DNA from: Nanobdellota archaeon
GTDB lineage: Archaea > Nanobdellota > Nanobdellia > Nanobdellales > Nanobdellaceae
DNA length: 32,000 nt
Assembly (NCBI GenBank): GCA_042850255.1
Contig: AP031373.1
Coordinates: 60,001 to 92,000, forward strand
Direction of reading: 5' to 3'
The position numbers and the translations under genes were made by a program. The notes under the pieces are model-generated. The model did no database searches. It had not been told where the DNA came from and saw nothing but the letters and a program-made list of their open reading frames with translations. Shown here one piece after another: positions 16,335 to 25,207 of this stretch. Position 1 is the first letter of the stretch, and every line of letters begins with the position of its first letter.

Positions 16335-16400
16335 TGTAAAATTGATTTAATATCATGTTAATCAATAATGTTTATAAATATCAACAAACCTTATATATGT

Positions 16401-16913
16401 ATGAGCTACCTACTAAACGAAAACTATATAAAGATATTGGAATATATATCTGATAAAAAAGAATTTACAGAAAAGGAAATAAAGAGAGAATTAAGAATAA
16501 AAGAAGATGAAATAAGAAAATTATTATATATATTGGAAGAGAATGGAGTAGTATATCCAATAAATATTATTAATAACAATGGAAAATTTGACTTTAGATG
16601 GGGCAATAAGATAACAGACAAAAAGGAATTATTTACTATATTAATAAATAAAGAAATAGATAAATTAAATAAAGAAATGGAAAATACACCAAAAGAGATA
16701 TATTATTGTGAAGAATGTAATATAGGGTATACATTTGATGAAGCAGAAGAAAACGATTTCAGATGTAAAGAATGCGGGTCTTTACTAGTAGAAAAAGAAA
16801 ACTTTAGACTAATAGAATTAGAAAATATAATACAAAATTTAAAGGCTCTATTAGAAAAATATACTGCAGAAACAAAGAAAAAGAAAGTTGCAAAGGCAAG
16901 AGGGAAGAAATAA
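16401..16913 (+). CDS. tfe: Transcription factor E alpha (TFE/TFIIE-alpha homolog)
   Basis: Winged-helix part (ILEYISDKKEFTEKEIKRELRIKEDEIRKLLYILEENGVV) plus a zinc ribbon (YYCEEC...FRCKECG). I prefer ATG 16401 (TATA-like TTTATAAATA at 16371-16380, 26 nt upstream). Track ORF start 16368 is the alternative. Confidence 0.85.
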   Translation: MSYLLNENYIKILEYISDKKEFTEKEIKRELRIKEDEIRKLLYILEENGVVYPINIINNNGKFDFRWGNKITDKKELFTILINKEIDKLNKEMENTPKEIYYCEECNIGYTFDEAEENDFRCKECGSLLVEKENFRLIELENIIQNLKALLEKYTAETKKKKVAKARGKK

Positions 16914-16943
16914 TTTTTTAATTCTTTTCCATAATATTTTTTA

Positions 16944-18092
16944 ATGATATTTAAAACCAAGATATATGAATTAACAGAGGTATTTAAAAATACTAATTCT
17001 AACCTAATTAAAACAAATATACAAAAAGGATATAAAGTATATGGAATAAAGTTAGAAAAATTAAAGGGATTGATAGGATTTGAAATATTGCCAAATAGAA
17101 GAATTGGAACAGAATTTGCAGATATTGCTAAAAGATTTGGACTAAAAGGTATTTTACATTCGGATGAGTTACCTGGATATGGAATTTCAGATAAAGAAGT
17201 AGAAGAAATAAAAAAATTATTAAATTGCAATAATGAAGATGGATTCATATTATTAATATCTCCAGATTATAATATATCCAAAAAAGTATTTTCATTAATA
17301 ATCAATAGAATAAATGAGATGATTAATAAAGTACCTAAAGATACTAGACAAGCTAATGAGGATGGAACAACATCTTTTTTGAGGCCTCAACCAGGATCTG
17401 AAAGAATGTATCCAGAAACTGATCATCCTTATATATTTATTAATAAGGAAATTGAAGATAAAGATAATTATGAAATTATAAGATATAAGATAAATTATGG
17501 AGATATTAAAGATATATATGAAATATATAATTTAAAAGAGCTTGATATTAATCTTTATATTAGTTTATTAAAAGAAAATAAAGAAATTTTAAATTCTATA
17601 GATCCAGAATTTATTAGAAAATTATTAAAATATATAGGATTCAATGATAAACAAATAGAAAACATAATATGGAATGAGTATATATATGATATAATAAAGT
17701 TGTCTATAGAAATAGACCCACAAATAGTTTATTATATGTTTTTCCAAATGATTGGAGATACAGAAAACTTATTTAAGGAAAAAATCCAAGAATTTAATAT
17801 AGAATTTGCATATAAAATAAAAGATTATATAAAAGAAAAGAAAATTGTTAGAAATGCTATACCAATTATATATTATTATTATATTAAAGGAGAAAAGAAT
17901 ATAGAAAAAATAATAAGAGAAAAAGATTTGTACAAAAGAAATAAAGAAAAATTAAAGGAAGAAATTGAAGAATTTATAAAGAGCTTAAATAATAAAGATA
18001 AAAAATATATATATTCACAGGTATTTAACAAATTTAAATATGTAGCAGAGAGTAGTGATATAAAAGAGATATTAGATTCTATTAATTTATAA
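16944..18092 (+). CDS. gatE: Glu-tRNA(Gln) amidotransferase subunit E, C-terminal about 60 percent only (N-terminal cradle segment absent)
   Basis: AspRS-like insertion domain (GFEILPNRRIGTEFADIAKRFGLKGILHSDELPGYGIS), then VPKDTRQANEDGTTSFLRPQPGSERMYPETD at residues about 130-160, then a helical/tail region. 382 aa versus about 610-630 aa for GatE. An in-frame stop at 16932-16934 bounds the ORF. Confidence 0.8.
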   Translation: MIFKTKIYELTEVFKNTNSNLIKTNIQKGYKVYGIKLEKLKGLIGFEILPNRRIGTEFADIAKRFGLKGILHSDELPGYGISDKEVEEIKKLLNCNNEDGFILLISPDYNISKKVFSLIINRINEMINKVPKDTRQANEDGTTSFLRPQPGSERMYPETDHPYIFINKEIEDKDNYEIIRYKINYGDIKDIYEIYNLKELDINLYISLLKENKEILNSIDPEFIRKLLKYIGFNDKQIENIIWNEYIYDIIKLSIEIDPQIVYYMFFQMIGDTENLFKEKIQEFNIEFAYKIKDYIKEKKIVRNAIPIIYYYYIKGEKNIEKIIREKDLYKRNKEKLKEEIEEFIKSLNNKDKKYIYSQVFNKFKYVAESSDIKEILDSINL

Positions 18093-18114
18093 AATTTTAT
18101 TTAAATCTCTTATA

Positions 18115-18516
18115 ATGGATTGTATATTCTGCAAAATAGCAAATAAAGAAATACCCGCATATATTGTATATGAAGATAATTATTCTGTAGTATTTTTAGA
18201 TATAAATCCAGTAAATAAAGGGCATTTATTATTTATACCAAAGAAACATTATGAAAGATTATCTTTAATGGATTTTGAATATTCCAAAGGTTTTTATGAG
18301 AGTTTCCAAAAATTTTTAAAGATATTTGAAGAGAAAATATCTAAAGATTATAATATTTTAGTAAATAATGGTAAAAAGGCAGGACAAGCTGTTTTTCATG
18401 CACATATACATTTAATACCACAATATGAAGATGAAGAATATAAGAAAATATTTAATTGGAATACTCATAAATTAACTGAAGAAGAAGCAAAAGAAATTTT
18501 AAGTAAATTTAAATAA
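18115..18516 (+). CDS. HIT-family (histidine triad) nucleotide hydrolase/transferase
   Basis: MDCIFCKI...VFLDINPVNKGHLLFIPKKH and the triad HAHIHLIP. Confidence 0.88.
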   Translation: MDCIFCKIANKEIPAYIVYEDNYSVVFLDINPVNKGHLLFIPKKHYERLSLMDFEYSKGFYESFQKFLKIFEEKISKDYNILVNNGKKAGQAVFHAHIHLIPQYEDEEYKKIFNWNTHKLTEEEAKEILSKFK

Positions 18517-18520
18517 TTTT

Positions 18521-19210
18521 TTATTCTTTATATTCTATTATACCATCATTAATTATCTTAAATTTAACAGATAACCCTTCTGGTAAATATCTATGTTTCC
18601 TCAATATTGCTTCTCTAATACCATTATCCAATATTCTTAATTCTATCAAACATTTAGACCAATATCTAATTAAATCTCCCCCAACAATACCAATTTTATC
18701 CTTTTCATCAAATAATGAATAAACTTGATTTGTTACTAATACAGGTATATTATATTTCCTAGTTATTTCTGAAAAAATTTGTAATTGCCTGGCTAGTTCT
18801 ATATTTACCTCATTTACATCTTCATCACCTCTTTCTAACCTATATAACATAGAAATAGAATCCACTACTATTAATCCTACATCTTTATAATTATTTTTTA
18901 TATAATCATAAGTTAAATATACAGATTTTCTTTGTTCAGAAAAATTTACAGGTTTATACATCAAAATATTTTTTAATACATTTTCAAATTCTTCTTTTGC
19001 TATTTGTTTTAATCTATCAAAAGAAAAACCTCCTTCGGTATCTATATATATGACTTTTTTATTTAATCTAGCAATATTGTATGAAGAAATTATTGCAATA
19101 TTTGTTTTTCCAGAGGCAGAGGGACCATAAAATGTAGTAATTATATCATTTTCCAATCCACCATCTAATAATTTATCTATAGGATATATTCCAGTGGATA
19201 CTTTTCCCAT
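18521..19210 (-). CDS. radB: RadB recombinase paralog (RecA/RadA family, core domain only)
   Basis: STGIYPIDKLLDGGLE, Walker A GPSASGKTN, IYIDTEGGFS and Walker B GLIVVDSI. 229 aa without the RadA N-terminal domain. Confidence 0.85.
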   Translation of the reverse strand: MGKVSTGIYPIDKLLDGGLENDIITTFYGPSASGKTNIAIISSYNIARLNKKVIYIDTEGGFSFDRLKQIAKEEFENVLKNILMYKPVNFSEQRKSVYLTYDYIKNNYKDVGLIVVDSISMLYRLERGDEDVNEVNIELARQLQIFSEITRKYNIPVLVTNQVYSLFDEKDKIGIVGGDLIRYWSKCLIELRILDNGIREAILRKHRYLPEGLSVKFKIINDGIIEYKE

Positions 19211-19212
19211 TT

Positions 19213-20487
19213 TTAATAATTTATATTAAATTCTTTATCTTTTACCTTTATATAAATTTTATTAGCCTTTTTTCTTATACTTTCTTTATAATTATTTAAT
19301 AAAAATTGTATTAAATTTTCCATATTATTTATTTTTCTTTTGGATATAGAATATATTTTTCCATTTCTTACAAATATTTCTTCATTTTTATGTTTTTCAT
19401 AAAATTTATCATAATTTTCCCTTTCCCAAATTAAAGGTCCCTCTTTTATTTCATAATCAGGTAATTTTTCTGGATAATATAATATATATCCATATAATTT
19501 TTCATCATCAAAATAATAATAATAATTGAATATTTTAAATCCATAATTGTTTATCCATTTTTTAAACGAATTAAATAAAGATAATGCTTTACTATTTTTT
19601 ATATCTTTATTATTAGAATTTCCTTCTATTTCTAAATATATAATATTTGTACCATAAGTATCAGATAGTTTTTTTATTTCATCATAATTTTTAATCAATT
19701 TTCTGAAGAAAAATTCTTCATTATTAGTTTCTAAAAATATTCTAGAATAAAATATTAATTCTGAAAACTTTTGTAAAGATACTGAAGCTGTAGCATTTCT
19801 ATATTTGTCTGTAGGATCTATAATTATTATTGGAGATCTTATTTTATCTTTTGATAAACTCTTCTTTATTTCTTCATAATTTTTATAATATCCTTCAATA
19901 TCAATAATTACTTTTGGTTTCCAGTTAACAATATTTTTTATTGTATTAATAAAAGATTTGTAATATATTATTAATAATTCTGTTGCATAGCCAGAAAATC
20001 CTCTTACATATGATTCTGCCCCATAGACTCCTATATTTTTCATAAATAATTTTAATAATCTTATTTCATCATTCATCCCATTACTTATTTTACTTAATAC
20101 ATATTTAACATGAAATGGAGATAAATCTGTTGTATTTTTTGCTTCTTCTATGTTTTTTATTTTTAATATTGGAACTAATTCGAATATTAATCCTTTATAA
20201 CTTACTCTAAAATAGTCTCTAGAACCTTTTATCCTAATATAATTTAATCCTTCTTTTTTTAATACTTCTTCTACTTTATTTGATATATTGTTATCTTTAT
20301 CAAATAATATAAATGTATCTACATCAAAATCATTTTTTAACCATGTATCCTTTGCAAAAGATCCTCCTAAAAATGGTTCCAAATTATTTTTTCTTAATAT
20401 ATCAAAAAATTCATTTATTATATTAAATACCTTCTTTCTTTCTTCTTCGCTAGGCTTTATTTCTTTTAATATTTTTTCAAAATCCAT
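19213..20487 (-). CDS. cca: CCA-adding enzyme (archaeal class I tRNA nucleotidyltransferase)
   Basis: PFLGGSFAKDTWLKNDFDVDTFILF matches the class I nucleotidyltransferase motif (GS..kgT.l....DiDiF). 424 aa is typical size. The tRNA in this window lacks an encoded CCA. Confidence 0.85.
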   Translation of the reverse strand: MDFEKILKEIKPSEEERKKVFNIINEFFDILRKNNLEPFLGGSFAKDTWLKNDFDVDTFILFDKDNNISNKVEEVLKKEGLNYIRIKGSRDYFRVSYKGLIFELVPILKIKNIEEAKNTTDLSPFHVKYVLSKISNGMNDEIRLLKLFMKNIGVYGAESYVRGFSGYATELLIIYYKSFINTIKNIVNWKPKVIIDIEGYYKNYEEIKKSLSKDKIRSPIIIIDPTDKYRNATASVSLQKFSELIFYSRIFLETNNEEFFFRKLIKNYDEIKKLSDTYGTNIIYLEIEGNSNNKDIKNSKALSLFNSFKKWINNYGFKIFNYYYYFDDEKLYGYILYYPEKLPDYEIKEGPLIWERENYDKFYEKHKNEEIFVRNGKIYSISKRKINNMENLIQFLLNNYKESIRKKANKIYIKVKDKEFNINY

Positions 20488-21572
20488 TAATATATTTTAA
20501 ATCTTAATATTGCGCCAATCTTAAAATTAGAAAATTGTTCTCCTTCTGGATGATTCTTTGATATTATTTCTACCTTTGCATTGGTTTGTTCTATTAAATT
20601 TAATAATTCTTTTAATTTATCTTTATAATCTTCAGATATTAATATAGTATCTGCAGCACCAATTTCCAATGCTTTTTTTACATCTTCAAATCCATAAACA
20701 ACAAGTCCAGTATTTTTTCCCAAATGCTCAAAAAATATTTTTACTAATTCTACTTCTCTAACATACTCTGTTTTTTCCAATATATCTTTAGCTTTTTCTA
20801 CTAATTCTTTTAATCCATATTCATTAGAATATGCTGTATCAAATATTCCCAAAACTTTTTGTTTTAAATGATAAGGTAAATAATCTTCTTTTACAAACTG
20901 TTCCTTTAATAAACCTGGACCTCCTACTAATATTCCAACTAACTTATCCATATCTTTTTCAAAAAAGTTTCTTACCTCATCTGCTAAATATTTTAACCAT
21001 AAATGTACATCTTGTTCTATCAATCTTTGAAATCTTACTGAAGATTGTCCTCCAGCACGCATTTTTCCGGGAACCCATGATTGTTTATTTTCTAATACAA
21101 TTAATCTATTACCTTTCAAAACACCTATAGTTGCTTCTCCTCTATCTAAAACTATCAACCCATATATTTGCTTTGGAACTATAAGATCCTTTAACGGATC
21201 CAATAAAAATCTCGAATCACATCGGTATATCCTAATATTTAATTTATCTGGAGGTTCAATTGCCCAAAGTCTAATATCAACATCACCAGGTTTATTAGAA
21301 ATATTACCACAAAATATTATTAATCCATTTTCTGGAGTTTCTTTTAACCCTTTTAAATAATTTATTATTTTTGCTAAAGCATCCATTACATGTTGTCTAG
21401 TATTTTTATCCTTAATGTTTTGAGCAGTTGAATATTCATAACTTAAATGATCTAATACTTTTGATAAATCATATCCTGCCGGTATATAGTATGATATAAG
21501 TTCCGTAGCTCTACCTTCATATTTTTCAAGTTCTTCTATTAACATTTGTAATTCAAGTTCTTTAACATCCAT
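20487..21572 (-). CDS. prf1: Peptide chain release factor aRF1
   Basis: N-domain GRATELISYYIP and STAQNIKDKNTRQHV (NIKS-type motif, here NIKD). GGQ loop KMRAGGQSSVRFQRL. Its stop shares one base with the cca start (TAATG). Confidence 0.92.
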   Translation of the reverse strand: MDVKELELQMLIEELEKYEGRATELISYYIPAGYDLSKVLDHLSYEYSTAQNIKDKNTRQHVMDALAKIINYLKGLKETPENGLIIFCGNISNKPGDVDIRLWAIEPPDKLNIRIYRCDSRFLLDPLKDLIVPKQIYGLIVLDRGEATIGVLKGNRLIVLENKQSWVPGKMRAGGQSSVRFQRLIEQDVHLWLKYLADEVRNFFEKDMDKLVGILVGGPGLLKEQFVKEDYLPYHLKQKVLGIFDTAYSNEYGLKELVEKAKDILEKTEYVREVELVKIFFEHLGKNTGLVVYGFEDVKKALEIGAADTILISEDYKDKLKELLNLIEQTNAKVEIISKNHPEGEQFSNFKIGAILRFKIY

Positions 21573-21596
21573 TATATGAAAAATTGTGAATAATTT

Positions 21597-22289
21597 TTAA
21601 ATACCAATATATTGTTTAATAAAATTTATATCTATACTTAATCCTAATTTTTTAGATATATTAAAGATATTATTTATATCTCTATTTAGAAATTCTTCAG
21701 AATATGTGGATGTTATTGGTATTGCTTGAGATACATCTATTATATATGGAACATTTTTATATATTATAATATTATATTCTGAAAAATCGCCATGAATTAA
21801 TTGGGCTTTATTATATATTTTCTTATATTCCTCTAATATACTATAAAAAAACTTTTCTTTATCTTCAATATAATTATAATTATTATGTAAAATCTTTGAT
21901 CCATTATTATCTCCAATATATTCCATAACCAGTACATTACCTTTATATACATAAGGAGCAGGTACTCTAATTAAATTTTTATACATTTTTCTTAAATTTA
22001 TATATTCTTTTTTTACCCATGTATAAATTATCCCTATTTTAGTTCTTGGAAAATCTTTTATTCTTGGATCTGCTTTTAAATATCTTATTTGTTCTTTATA
22101 ACTTCTAGCCATAATTTTATATATTTTAATTGCAGAATTTCCAGATCTGAAAACTATAGATTCTTTTCCTTCATCAATCAAAATTAATTCATCCTTTATA
22201 TATTTATCATTATATAATTCTTCTAAATATTCGAAAGTATTATTGTCAAATACTTTTCCATATACCTTCCATATTTCCCTGTATTTCAT
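21597..22289 (-). CDS. RIO-type serine protein kinase (Rio1-like, no N-terminal wHTH)
   Basis: GKESIVFRS...AIKIYK (ATP-binding loop/Lys), catalytic LIHGDFSEYNIII and metal-binding IIDVSQA. Confidence 0.85.
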   Translation of the reverse strand: MKYREIWKVYGKVFDNNTFEYLEELYNDKYIKDELILIDEGKESIVFRSGNSAIKIYKIMARSYKEQIRYLKADPRIKDFPRTKIGIIYTWVKKEYINLRKMYKNLIRVPAPYVYKGNVLVMEYIGDNNGSKILHNNYNYIEDKEKFFYSILEEYKKIYNKAQLIHGDFSEYNIIIYKNVPYIIDVSQAIPITSTYSEEFLNRDINNIFNISKKLGLSIDINFIKQYIGI

Positions 22290-22319
22290 TTAGATAAATT
22301 TTAAAAAATAAATATATTA

Positions 22320-22673
22320 TTATCGCCTAAACATAAATTGATAATATTGTAATAAATTATTTAAAAGAGTAATTATATTATCTAATTTATTTGCTATTAG
22401 ATCCATTTTAGAACTTAATGCTTGAACTATTGCATTAATATCATTTTGTTGTGGAGGCAAGTTTGGTAAATATGCTTGTGGATTTAATTGTCCAGGAAAT
22501 TGAGGTTGCATTGGTGGTGGAGGAGGCATTGGAGGTTGATTTTGCGGAAAATCATATGGAGGATTTTGATATGGTGGTGGATATCCTGGTCCCATTCCTG
22601 GTCCTGGTCCAAAAGGTTCATTTATATCTTCCGGTTGTTCTTCCTTTTTTTTAAATATATCTAGAAATGCCAT
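22320..22673 (-). CDS. Protein with N-terminal amphipathic/basic tag, Pro/Gln-rich arm and short C-terminal coiled coil; unknown function
   Basis: MAFLDIFKKKEEQ is followed by about 65 aa of P/Q/G/Y-rich sequence (PGMGPGYPPPYQNPPYDFPQNQPPMPPPPPMQPQFPGQ). Then comes the helical DINAIVQALSSKMDLIANKLDNIITLLNNLLQYY. The architecture is the same as 14401..15105. Confidence 0.55.
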   Translation of the reverse strand: MAFLDIFKKKEEQPEDINEPFGPGPGMGPGYPPPYQNPPYDFPQNQPPMPPPPPMQPQFPGQLNPQAYLPNLPPQQNDINAIVQALSSKMDLIANKLDNIITLLNNLLQYYQFMFRR

Positions 22674-22704
22674 ATAATATAAAAAAACTTAATTATATAT
22701 AAAT

Positions 22705-23328
22705 TTATGCTTCTTCTTCTTCCATTCCTACTTCCATGAATTCTTCATAAGAAACAGGTAAATCTTTTTTCTTAGATAAAATACCTTTATTTCTTAAATA
22801 TTCTCTAGTTAATATATAGTATAACAAAGCTAGAGATCTTGCTCCCCTGTTATTTGCAGGTATAGCAAAGTCTATATATCTTAATGAGTTATTTGTGTCA
22901 ACAAATGCTATAGTTATCTTTCCAGTTCTATAAGCATCTAATAAAGCATTTCTATCAAATATTGGATCTGTTACTATTACTATTTCTACATCCTTAAATA
23001 TATCTAAGGCAGGATTTGTTAATAATCCTGGAGGATATCTTTTTGGATATACATATATTCCTGTATATTTATTTAACATCTGTAAAGGTTTTCTTGCAGT
23101 TTCTCTTCTTCCAACTGCTAATATTTCATATGGTTCATACCTAGATAATAATTTTGATATCAATCTTAATCTCTCATCTACTTTCATTACATCTATTATT
23201 GCTAAACCATCAGATCTAACCCTAGCTATAAATTTTTTAGTGTCTTTTGTTTTAATTCTAGTTCCTATATGTACTCCAGCTTTTATGTATTCTTCAAGAT
23301 TTACCAACCAAATATCTTCTTGAGCCAT
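22705..23328 (-). CDS. rps2: 30S ribosomal protein uS2
   Basis: EEYIKAGVHIGTRIKTKDTKKFI...DGLAIIDV...IVTDP motifs. I prefer the start at M25 of the track ORF (ATG 23326-23328), 4 nt after the uL2 stop. The longer ORF would overlap rpl2 by 68 nt. Confidence 0.9.
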   Translation of the reverse strand: MAQEDIWLVNLEEYIKAGVHIGTRIKTKDTKKFIARVRSDGLAIIDVMKVDERLRLISKLLSRYEPYEILAVGRRETARKPLQMLNKYTGIYVYPKRYPPGLLTNPALDIFKDVEIVIVTDPIFDRNALLDAYRTGKITIAFVDTNNSLRYIDFAIPANNRGARSLALLYYILTREYLRNKGILSKKKDLPVSYEEFMEVGMEEEEA

Positions 23329-23332
23329 TTTA

Positions 23333-24067
23333 TCATGCAGATCTTTTCTTTCTTCCAGTTCTCTTTGAGCCATATTTTCCATATTTAATTGGATATCCAT
23401 GTTTTGGTAAAGGAGTCATACCGCCTTTATTTCTCTTATGTTTACCTCCAAATGGATGATCTGCAACATTTCTAGCAACTGCAGCATTAATTGGATACTT
23501 TTTATGATGAGCTCTTTTATAATAATATTTATTTCCAGCTTTAACAAATGGTTTATCAACTCTCCCACCACCTGAAACATTTCCAATAATTGCTCTAGAA
23601 TATAAACTTACAGTTTTTGTTTTTCCAGAAGGTAATCTTAATATAGCATATCTATCTGTTTTCTGAACTAAAAGACAAGAAGTACCAGATGTTCTAGCAA
23701 TTTTTCCTCCATCTCCAGGATTTATTTCAACCATACAAACAGGAGTTCCATCTGGAATTAATTTTAATGGTAATATATTTCCATTTTCTATAGGAGAATT
23801 TACTCCAGCATATATCTCTTTTCCAACATATAAACCTTCTACAGCCGGAACTAAAATTTCAGAACCATCTTCAAATTTTATTTTTGCTATAGGTGAATAA
23901 TGAACTTTATCCTTTAATATATCTACAACAATTCCTTTTATTTTATCTTTTATTTCTTTTTCATCTAAATATCTTAATGATAATTTTCCTATTGAATAAA
24001 AATCTGGAATAGTATATATATTTTTTCCCTTACCTCTTCTTTGCTGTGGTAAAGTATTTCCACCCAT
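23333..24067 (-). CDS. rpl2: 50S ribosomal protein uL2
   Basis: QRRGKGKNIY..., GNILPL..IPDGTPVCMVE..PGDGGK.ARTSG and NVADHPFGGKHKR are conserved uL2 signatures. Confidence 0.95.
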   Translation of the reverse strand: MGGNTLPQQRRGKGKNIYTIPDFYSIGKLSLRYLDEKEIKDKIKGIVVDILKDKVHYSPIAKIKFEDGSEILVPAVEGLYVGKEIYAGVNSPIENGNILPLKLIPDGTPVCMVEINPGDGGKIARTSGTSCLLVQKTDRYAILRLPSGKTKTVSLYSRAIIGNVSGGGRVDKPFVKAGNKYYYKRAHHKKYPINAAVARNVADHPFGGKHKRNKGGMTPLPKHGYPIKYGKYGSKRTGRKKRSA

Positions 24068-24068
24068 T

Positions 24069-24329
24069 TTACATTAAACCTAATTTAGATAATATATCTT
24101 GGGCCTTATAATTTTTATCAACAGTAACATAAGCTTTTTTTCTCCCCTTAGAATCAATCAAAGTATTTACCTTCTTTACTTTGACATTAAATAATTTTTC
24201 AACAGCATTTTTTATATCTTTTTTATTTGCTTCTCTATTTACTATTAATATTATCTTATTATATTTATCTAATAAAAATAGATCTTTTTCTGTAAGTTCA
24301 GCATAAAATATAATATCTTTTATTTCCAT
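24069..24329 (-). CDS. rpl23: 50S ribosomal protein uL23
   Basis: 86 aa with ILIVNREANKKDIKNAVEKLFNVKVKKVNTLI..KGRKKAYV, the typical uL23 pattern. It lies between rpl4 and rpl2. Confidence 0.9.
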   Translation of the reverse strand: MEIKDIIFYAELTEKDLFLLDKYNKIILIVNREANKKDIKNAVEKLFNVKVKKVNTLIDSKGRKKAYVTVDKNYKAQDILSKLGLM

Positions 24330-24338
24330 CTTGAATAT

Positions 24339-25166
24339 TTATATATATAAATTTCTTAAATCTTCTATAGCCTTTTCACTCCATATAATGAACCTACCTG
24401 GTTTTCCACCTGGAGCTAGTTTATCTATATTTAATTCATCAACTCTAGAAAATTCTAATCCATCCATAGAAATTGATGGAAGATCAGAATCTTGAGAAAG
24501 AACAACAAGTATTCCCCTACCTTTTATTATTCTTCTTCCTCTTCTTTTCCCCTTTCCAGCTCTTTGTCTTTTACTCTCTTTTATATATTCTATAAAATCT
24601 ATTAATTTAAATTTATTTAATAAATTATCATATTCCTTTGCTTTCTTTAAATCTTCTAATCCTGAAATAATTAACGGCAAACCAAACGAATCTATAGATT
24701 GTTTTAAATAAATAAAAGATTTCGTATATCTATTTGAAACATAATTAATATTCGCTGAAGCTGAAATTGCAGATAAAATTGCCAATCTTTTTTCTTTTTT
24801 ATTTATTTTTCTACTCCAATCTTTTTCTGGTTTTGGAGGATGAGCTCTTCTACCTTTTACAGCATGTGGAACCACTCTTGCAACCCATGCAAATCCACTA
24901 CCTATTCTTGCAATAACTGCTCTTGGATCTCTAGATATTCCTCTACCATAAGATGTTCTATACGTTCTCCTTCTTTTAGAAGTCCATGCAGAAGATTCCA
25001 AACCTGCATATTTATAAGTACCATAAGGTTGCCTAGAATTAAACATAAATACTCTAAAGGCTTTCCATATAATATCTTCCCTTATTTCAAAAGTAAATTG
25101 TTCAGGTAAACCTATATCCTTTATTCTATTTCCTTCTTTATCATAAATGGATGCTACTCTTGCCAT
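24339..25166 (-). CDS. rpl4: 50S ribosomal protein uL4
   Basis: SSAWTSKRRRTYRTSYGRGISRDPR, HPPKPEKDWSRKINKKEKRLA and GKGKRRGRR motifs of archaeal/eukaryotic-type L4. Confidence 0.92.
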   Translation of the reverse strand: MARVASIYDKEGNRIKDIGLPEQFTFEIREDIIWKAFRVFMFNSRQPYGTYKYAGLESSAWTSKRRRTYRTSYGRGISRDPRAVIARIGSGFAWVARVVPHAVKGRRAHPPKPEKDWSRKINKKEKRLAILSAISASANINYVSNRYTKSFIYLKQSIDSFGLPLIISGLEDLKKAKEYDNLLNKFKLIDFIEYIKESKRQRAGKGKRRGRRIIKGRGILVVLSQDSDLPSISMDGLEFSRVDELNIDKLAPGGKPGRFIIWSEKAIEDLRNLYI

Positions 25167-25190
25167 GGCTATATTTTTTATATAAAAAAT

Positions 25191-25207
25191 ATTTAAATCT
25201 TTATAAT
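25191..25207. promoter_or_regulatory. Back-to-back TATA-like boxes in the 63-bp divergent spacer: ATTTAAAT (25191-25198, about 28 nt from rpl4 start 25166) and TTTATAAT (25200-25207, about 27 nt from ATG 25230)
   Basis: Motifs and spacing read directly from the sequence. The AT-rich background limits confidence. Confidence 0.4.

Noticed and set aside
16703-17248. 181-aa minus-strand ORF, unusually long for antisense in AT-rich DNA
   Set aside because: It spans the 3' end of tfe, the spacer and the 5' end of gatE, both of which carry strong family motifs on the plus strand. Its S/F/N/L-rich composition is the mirror image of K/E/I-rich sense codons. I treat it as a shadow ORF.
21408-21419. 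aRF1 carries NIKD instead of the canonical NIKS stop-recognition motif, which could hint at stop-codon reassignment
   Set aside because: All three stop codons terminate conserved genes at expected lengths in this window. TGA ends aIF2-gamma, uL2 and Dph2. TAG ends the RAM-domain protein. TAA ends most others. So there is no evidence for a variant code, and the substitution is probably neutral lineage variation.
23329-23400. 24-codon N-terminal extension of uS2 that would overlap the rpl2 3' end by 68 nt
   Set aside because: The internal Met (ATG 23326-23328) gives a normal uS2 N-terminus, MAQEDIWLV..EEYIKAGVHIGT, and sits 4 nt after the rpl2 stop. The extension is probably just open frame.
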